From contig JBHLOY010000006.1 of NCBI GenBank assembly GCA_048939995.1, positions 32,001 through 96,000 on the forward strand: a stretch of DNA of 64,000 bases. Direction: 5' to 3'. Shown here piece by piece: positions 58,567 through 64,000 of this stretch. The stretch is from Promethearchaeota archaeon (GTDB lineage: Archaea; Asgardarchaeota; Lokiarchaeia; Sigyniarchaeales; SOKP01). Both the position numbers and the translations under genes were made by a program. Positions within the stretch are counted from its first letter, which is position 1. Every line of letters begins with the position of its first letter. The notes under the pieces were generated by a model, which worked only from the letters and a program-made list of their open reading frames with translations, was not told the origin of the DNA and did not search any database.

Positions 58567-58914
58567 ATGATAAAAAAGTATTGCAGAGTAATTAAAGAAC
58601 ATAAAAGTTCCTTTCCCGACCCTCTAATACTTAAAAAGGGAGAAAAATTGCATGTAGAAAATAAAAATTCGGAGTGGCCCGGTTGGATTTGGTCTATTAC
58701 TAAATCCGAAAAATCAGGATGGGTTCCTAAAAGTTACCTCGAAATTCATGGGAATAAGGCTATTATGTTAAGGGATTATGATGCAACAGAGTTAACAGCC
58801 TCAATTGGAGAAGAATTTCTAATTGAAGGGAAAGAAAGCGGATGGGCATGGGTAACTTCGATAACAGGAAAATTTGGTTGGATTCCATTAGAAAATATTG
58901 AAATTATTAAATAA
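58567..58914 (+). CDS. Tandem SH3-domain protein
   Basis: LKKGEKL..WPGWIW..SGWVPKSYL and DYDATELTASIGE..SGWAW..FGWIPLENI. Confidence 0.85.
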   Translation: MIKKYCRVIKEHKSSFPDPLILKKGEKLHVENKNSEWPGWIWSITKSEKSGWVPKSYLEIHGNKAIMLRDYDATELTASIGEEFLIEGKESGWAWVTSITGKFGWIPLENIEIIK

Positions 58915-58969
58915 TTTCTTAAAAGAGTGATAATAAAAATAAAAAAAATTTTGAAATATTTAACAGATC

Positions 58970-59167
58970 TTAATCTTCTGTAATAGTAATAGCTTCTTCA
59001 GAGCATTGAGTTTCACAAGCTCTGCAACCTACACAATCGTCTCTGTTTTCTTCCAAAATATGTACTTTGCCTCCCTCTGGTTCTCCAAAACATTCACTAG
59101 GGCAGACCTCATAACATGTTCCACATCCAGAGCAAGCCTCCAAATCAATTTCAATTCCGAATCCCAT
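58970..59167 (-). CDS. Dicluster ferredoxin
   Basis: CSGCGTCYEVCP and CVGCRACETQC; ATG 59167 (ORF track start 59212). Confidence 0.93.
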   Translation of the reverse strand: MGFGIEIDLEACSGCGTCYEVCPSECFGEPEGGKVHILEENRDDCVGCRACETQCSEEAITITED

Positions 59168-59303
59168 AATTAAAACCTTTTTAGTTGTGTTTTTTTCTAT
59201 ATGTTCGTTCAATGTGTTTTTCAGTAATTATGAGAATAAAGTAAAAAATTTAAATTTCGTTTTTATTTTGGAAATCTTTTTCTTGAAAAAAAAAAGAAAG
59301 AAT

Positions 59304-59750
59304 TTATTTATACTTAAATTTTAAGATAAAAAATATCATACAAAGGATCCCACCCACAAGACTACCATAGAACCCTAATTCCGGCCACCATTCAAAATCA
59401 CTAAATAATCCGTACACTATTCCGAAGGAACCTAAACCTATTAGAGCTAAAGTCCATGTTAAACTTGCCATTATTAATCCTATCATTGTTAAATCCTTTG
59501 AAATGATTTTTTTTGGAATTAATTCATTTAAAGCAATTAAGAATTGAAGTATTAAAAGTATAATTATAAATATCTGTGCGATTAAATCAACTGTAGTCCA
59601 ATACTCACAATATAAACAAGAATAGTAATTGTAACCATAACCAAAATGGTAGAATCCAGCGAATGGTCCAATTATTACCATTATTAAGGCAATGATACTC
59701 AGTGTCAATATTAAGGCGGAAAAAATATCAATTTTCCTTTCTGCTGACAT
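59304..59750 (-). CDS. 4-TM membrane protein
   Basis: Four hydrophobic helices; aromatic-rich first loop containing CLYC. Confidence 0.65.
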   Translation of the reverse strand: MSAERKIDIFSALILTLSIIALIMVIIGPFAGFYHFGYGYNYYSCLYCEYWTTVDLIAQIFIIILLILQFLIALNELIPKKIISKDLTMIGLIMASLTWTLALIGLGSFGIVYGLFSDFEWWPELGFYGSLVGGILCMIFFILKFKYK

Positions 59751-59853
59751 TTATTAATCACAAATATAATTTTTAGAGTATCTAGGGTTTAAAAGTAAAT
59801 AAAATAAATTCTTTTATAATATTAGTTAAATAATTCAAGCTCAGTGAATTAAT

Positions 59854-60963
59854 TTGAGAATTATTGAGAAATGGAAATGTCAAACTAATAAGCCATTATT
59901 GGGACTAGAATTAATGAAAAATCAAAGATTAGAAAATCATATAGTCCTATATTCTAAATCAGGAAAAATTTACTTTTTCTCATTTAATGGAATATTATCA
60001 TTCGAGAGCGTTTTAACACAAAATACGCCAATTTGGAATCTTAAAATTCTTGATCTTAATAATGACAATGATCTGGAATTAATCTTTGGTGGTATGGATG
60101 GAATATTACGTGTTTTTAAAATTTCAATGCCATTATCACTAAAACCTTTATGGGAACATAGATTCAACTCTTCAATTAGTGGGTTTTTAATGGATGATAT
60201 AAATCTTGATAACCATTTAGAAATTATTGCTTATTCTCTAGATAAAAGTTTACGAGTTCTAAAGTCTTCAAATGGTTCTTTAATTTGGGGTCAACTACTT
60301 GGGGGCGGGATAGAAGATGCTTCTATATGTTTAAATAATGATCTTCCTCCTAAGAGAGAAATATTAGCATGCGGAAACGACGGAACATTTAGGGTTTTTG
60401 AAGGAAGTAATGGAAATTTATTATGGTTTAAGAAATTCTCCAATAAAGTAAGATTTATCTCATATTTAACAAACGAGGATACAAACTTTATTTTATGTGG
60501 CGGAGATGATAAAACTGTTCATGTAATTGATATAAAAACTCAAAATGAAATTAAAAGTATTTTCTTCGATGATTATGTATGGAAATGCTTTTCACCGCTA
60601 TTTTTTCATCACAAAAAGGTATTAATAAGTTCGTATTCTTTTTCACACTTCAATCATTTAAAAAATTTAAAGGATCTAAGATTTTCTTCAAAATTGATTT
60701 GTCTAAATAACAATTTGGAAGTTGAGTGGGAATTAAAACATATAAATGTAGAGACTTTATGCCAGATTAATAAAGATGAAGAAAAATACTTAGGTATTGG
60801 TACTACTAAAGGAGAATTGTTAATTGTAAGCGTGGACAATGGAAAAATATTAACAAGTATTTCACAACCATCAAGTGTGAATGGTTTATTATATGAATCG
60901 AATTCCAATCTCTTATTTAGCTGTTGTGATAATGGTGATCTCTTTGCTTACTTTTTAAATTAA
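59854..60963 (+). CDS. WD40/PQQ-type beta-propeller protein
   Basis: Repeats GGMDGILRVF, YSLDKSLRVL, CGNDGTFRVF, GGDDKTVHVI, CCDNGDLFAY. Confidence 0.8.
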   Translation: MRIIEKWKCQTNKPLLGLELMKNQRLENHIVLYSKSGKIYFFSFNGILSFESVLTQNTPIWNLKILDLNNDNDLELIFGGMDGILRVFKISMPLSLKPLWEHRFNSSISGFLMDDINLDNHLEIIAYSLDKSLRVLKSSNGSLIWGQLLGGGIEDASICLNNDLPPKREILACGNDGTFRVFEGSNGNLLWFKKFSNKVRFISYLTNEDTNFILCGGDDKTVHVIDIKTQNEIKSIFFDDYVWKCFSPLFFHHKKVLISSYSFSHFNHLKNLKDLRFSSKLICLNNNLEVEWELKHINVETLCQINKDEEKYLGIGTTKGELLIVSVDNGKILTSISQPSSVNGLLYESNSNLLFSCCDNGDLFAYFLN

Positions 60964-61015
60964 AACTTCTTTATGATGTAAATAAAAAAAAATAGAGAGT
61001 TTTTTATTGTTCTCG

Positions 61016-61339
61016 CTAATCTTCTGAAGATTCTTCCTCTTCAGCCGCTAGTTCCTCCTCCAATTCTTCAAGTGGAACAGGTGCGGGTGTGGTAAGCATA
61101 CTGTACCCAATCCAAATGGCGATAATACAAATTAATATCACAATCAACCACATTGGCAATACAACGAATGCTTCATAATCTAGCCAATCAACACCAAAGA
61201 ATCGAAAAGCTAGATCCCACGTTGGTTGATTAAGCAACTTATCGAATATAAGATCAACGAGGGATCCCATCGTGTAAATAACTGCAATTAAAATCCCAAG
61301 AATTAAAACTATCGCACCAATAATTTTATCTTTTGCCAT
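61016..61339 (-). CDS. Small 2-TM protein with acidic tail, DPM2/PIG-P-like pattern
   Basis: DKIIGAIVL..VIYT, VVLPMWL..IWIGYSMLTTP, acidic tail. Confidence 0.55.
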   Translation of the reverse strand: MAKDKIIGAIVLILGILIAVIYTMGSLVDLIFDKLLNQPTWDLAFRFFGVDWLDYEAFVVLPMWLIVILICIIAIWIGYSMLTTPAPVPLEELEEELAAEEEESSED

Positions 61340-61504
61340 TATTATTCACTTTTAGTTTATAATTATTTTGTTATGATAATAAGCAATTTGGTTATAGTTA
61401 ATATTATTTGTTAAAATAATATTAAATTAAAACCATTCGATATGATACAATTTTAATTGTGATGATCTACTTATGGTTAATAAAAATTAAAAATCAAAAA
61501 TAAT

Positions 61505-62473
61505 ATGATTAACTCGAAAAATTATGTAATTATTATCGGTTCTAGTAATATAGATTTAAACATATATTCAGAGAGGTTACCTAAACCAGGTGAAACAGTT
61601 ACAGGTGGAACATTTAAGCAATTTTTAGGTGGAAAAGGAGCAAATCAGGCAGTTGCTTCAGCACGTTCAGGTTCAAGAACTATTTTTATAGCCAAAATAG
61701 GTAAAGATGTTTATGGGGAGCAAATGATCTCTCAATTAAGAAATGAAGGAGTTGATACAAATTACATTCTTAAAGATAATATTGAATCAAGTGGAATCGC
61801 TTTCATAATGATTGACAAAGATGGGGAAAATATGATAAGTGTTGCACCAGGAGCTAATACTAAATTATTGCCCGAAGATATTCGTAAATTTGCAGAATTG
61901 ATTAAAAATGCGACTTCTTTAATAATACAAATGGAAATCTCAATTGAAACTATTGAAGAAGTTTTCTCAATTGCCTCTGAAGGGAGGGTAATAAAGATTC
62001 TTAATCCTGCTCCTTTAAAACCCATTCCCATTAAAATATTAAAGAAAATCGATATTCTCATCCCAAATGAAGGCGAAATAATTCGATTAAACGCATTGTT
62101 AGGTTTTAAAGAAACCCCTCTCAAAGGAAATAAAAAGATTGTCCATATCTCGAGAAATATATGCAGTTTAGGGGTGAAAAATGTGATAACAACCCTTGGT
62201 AGTAAAGGTTCCTTAATATATCTCTCAGAAAAGGATGAATATGTTGAATTACCAGCATTTAAAGTTCAGGCAGTTGACACTGTAGGAGCAGGTGATTGCT
62301 TTAATGGAGTTATAGCAAGCAAATTAAATCAAGGAGAAGACATAATAACATCTGTAAAATATGCTACAGCTGCAGCCTCTATTGCAGTAACCAGAAAAGG
62401 AGCTCAAGAATCAATTCCATATATACATGAGATTGAAGAAAGATACCATAATTTTAATAATTCATTATTGTGA
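61505..62473 (+). CDS. rbsK: Ribokinase
   Basis: GSSNIDL, GGKGANQA, ILNPAP, PNEGE, DTVGAGDCF. Confidence 0.93.
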   Translation: MINSKNYVIIIGSSNIDLNIYSERLPKPGETVTGGTFKQFLGGKGANQAVASARSGSRTIFIAKIGKDVYGEQMISQLRNEGVDTNYILKDNIESSGIAFIMIDKDGENMISVAPGANTKLLPEDIRKFAELIKNATSLIIQMEISIETIEEVFSIASEGRVIKILNPAPLKPIPIKILKKIDILIPNEGEIIRLNALLGFKETPLKGNKKIVHISRNICSLGVKNVITTLGSKGSLIYLSEKDEYVELPAFKVQAVDTVGAGDCFNGVIASKLNQGEDIITSVKYATAAASIAVTRKGAQESIPYIHEIEERYHNFNNSLL

Positions 62474-62479
62474 GTTTAA

Positions 62480-63154
62480 TTGATAGAGAATTATTTAGAT
62501 GGCCATAAAGGAACTTCTTTAAGAAAAAATGGTAAAGATAGATTGGTAATTTATATTAATGAAAGTTTTCTAAATGATGTTTTCCTCATAAATGGGCCCT
62601 CTTTTATTACTGAAAGTTTATCAATAGGAGATTTGAGCATAGCTCCATTTGATTATTATATGTTGCTAAACAACGGGAAGAAAAAAATTAAGTATGCGGT
62701 CAATTTGGATATTTCTAAACATAAAATTATCTACAATCCATATAAATATGAACATACACAAAAAGTAAATATTGATCCGAAACCATTTATTGATAAGTTT
62801 AATGTTCCTAAAGGTTTTGTCGATGTACTATCAAAATGGTATAGCATAAAATTCACATATCGTAAGTATAATCTGATATATATTAAACCAGAGATGGGAA
62901 TCTCAATCCAAATTCATAAATATCGAGATGAAGCCTGGGAAGTCCTAGCAGGTAAACCTATTATTATAAATGGCAATAGAGTTTATTATTTTATTAAAAA
63001 TGGTTCTCATTTTATAAATTTAAAAGATATGTTTCATTCAGTAATAAATCCGAATAAAGATCCAGAGGCCTTCGTTATATTAAAAGAAAGTTGGAAGGGA
63101 AAATTTGACGAAGAAGATATTAGAAGAGTTTATAATCCTAATAATTATTATTAA
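62480..63154 (+). CDS. Cupin-domain protein (mannose-6-phosphate isomerase type II-like C-terminus)
   Basis: ISIQIHKYRDEAWEV, FHSVIN, FDEEDIRR. Confidence 0.7.
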   Translation: MIENYLDGHKGTSLRKNGKDRLVIYINESFLNDVFLINGPSFITESLSIGDLSIAPFDYYMLLNNGKKKIKYAVNLDISKHKIIYNPYKYEHTQKVNIDPKPFIDKFNVPKGFVDVLSKWYSIKFTYRKYNLIYIKPEMGISIQIHKYRDEAWEVLAGKPIIINGNRVYYFIKNGSHFINLKDMFHSVINPNKDPEAFVILKESWKGKFDEEDIRRVYNPNNYY

Positions 63155-63384
63155 ATGATATAAACCTTAATAGAAAACTCTTTAAGGCTCGATAAAATTC
63201 ACATTTTGAAGATCCTAGGGATTTGGGTCAACTTTAGGTCATAGACTTTTAAATTTTATGTTTTTCAGTTCTCTTGTTTTAATAAAATTAAAATTTAATA
63301 GATAACTTATAACCTTACATGTCAAAATAATTAAGTAAATATTAAACAAGAAATAGTAAATGGAACAAATAGATTGGTGGAAAA

Positions 63385-63930
63385 ATGGCTCCGAATGAGG
63401 AACTTGATGAAGAAGATAAAGAAGATTTAGAAGAAGAAGAATCTCCAGAGAAAGTTAAGGAAGAGATTGAAGAAGAAGATGAAGAAGAAGATGAGATCGA
63501 GGAATTAGACGTTGAAAAGGAACGTGATAAATTAAGGTTTCATTACCGCGGTAATACGCTAGAAGACTTAAAAAAAATGAATATGGATCAGTTACTTCAA
63601 TTACTCCCTTCAAGAGTCAGAAGAACTCTAAGAAGAGGATTACCTCCACGCCAGAAAAAAGTCATTGAAAGATTAAGGAGAGCTTATCGAGCAAAAAAAA
63701 GAGGAAAGGATTTAGTTGTAAGAACCCATGTTCGAGACTTAGTAATATTCCCAGAATTTGTAGGTCTTAAAGTAGGTATTTATAATGGAAGAACTTATGA
63801 AATAGTAGAAATTCGTCCTGAGATGATCGGTCATTATCTTGGAGAATTTGCTCTAACAAGAAAGAGAGTGCAACATGGATCACCTGGTATCGGAGCAACC
63901 CGCTCAAGTAAGTATGTTCCCCTTAAATAA
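63385..63930 (+). CDS. rps19p: 30S ribosomal protein uS19 (S19P) with acidic N-terminal extension
   Basis: FHYRG, RTHVRDLVIFPEFVG, EMIGHYLGEFALT, GATRSSKYVPLK. Confidence 0.97.
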   Translation: MAPNEELDEEDKEDLEEEESPEKVKEEIEEEDEEEDEIEELDVEKERDKLRFHYRGNTLEDLKKMNMDQLLQLLPSRVRRTLRRGLPPRQKKVIERLRRAYRAKKRGKDLVVRTHVRDLVIFPEFVGLKVGIYNGRTYEIVEIRPEMIGHYLGEFALTRKRVQHGSPGIGATRSSKYVPLK

Positions 63931-63953
63931 TATTAAGAAGAGAGATAAAGAGA

Positions 63954-64000
63954 ATGCCTAATTGGGATTATTCATTTGTAGAACAAAAGTATGATGCTGA
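63954..64000 (+). CDS. rpl22p: Probable 50S ribosomal protein uL22, truncated by the window edge
   Basis: ATG 63954 gives MPNWDYSF..., resembling archaeal L22 N-termini; uL22 follows uS19 in the conserved gene order. Confidence 0.65.
   Translation, partial: MPNWDYSFVEQKYDA

Noticed and set aside
8006-62124. Numerous 60-120 aa ORFs overlapping longer genes (e.g. 8006..8227, 9915..10220, 13212..13478, 23601..23924, 30087..30296, 51630..51935, 61762..62124)
   Set aside because: Antisense or alternate-frame shadows of well-supported genes, with no recognisable motifs
63200-63250. Slightly GC-richer patch upstream of uS19 as an ncRNA or leader
   Set aside because: No convincing stem or box motifs found
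1-64000. Selenocysteine (UGA) read-through, known in Lokiarchaeia
   Set aside because: The TGA-ending ORFs I checked end where their families normally end or at a deletion junction; no convincing SECIS recognised by eye
1-64000. CRISPR array, transposase, integrase or provirus, including at tRNA-Gln
   Set aside because: No spaced repeats, no mobile-element genes and no duplicated tRNA 3' end seen

Overview
AT-rich, gene-dense archaeal chromosome segment, most likely from an Asgard archaeon (Lokiarchaeia-like). This is inferred from archaeal information genes (type II MetAP, Trm1, uS19/uL22, tRNA-Gln with A1:U72, Sec61beta, TFEbeta/RPC34-like) occurring together with eukaryote-signature-like proteins (roadblock/LC7, ribophorin I, OSTC/DC2-like, Bet3/V4R-like, RING/PHD, SH3, WD40). 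It holds about 65 CDS: a MoxR-vWA membrane operon; a coupled lipoate (LipS2-Lpl-LipS1) plus F420 (CofE-nitroreductase, CofD) operon; a LeuRS with bacterial-type core and archaeal-type C-terminus; an N-glycosylation/translocon neighbourhood; a peptide ABC transporter; metabolic and RNA-modification genes; one internally deleted M20 peptidase pseudogene; and the start of a ribosomal protein operon. No CRISPR array, rRNA or mobile element was seen. The most promising signals are an ER-like glycosylation toolkit (Sec61beta and ribophorin I head-to-head beside Alg7/AglH, plus DC2-like and DPM2/PIG-P-like small membrane proteins), a coupled Bet3/V4R gene pair, a GATase-fold-RING fusion, and a hidden N-terminal extension of an RCK channel-like gene that needs a non-canonical start. 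All assignments come from motif recognition by eye; no searches were run.
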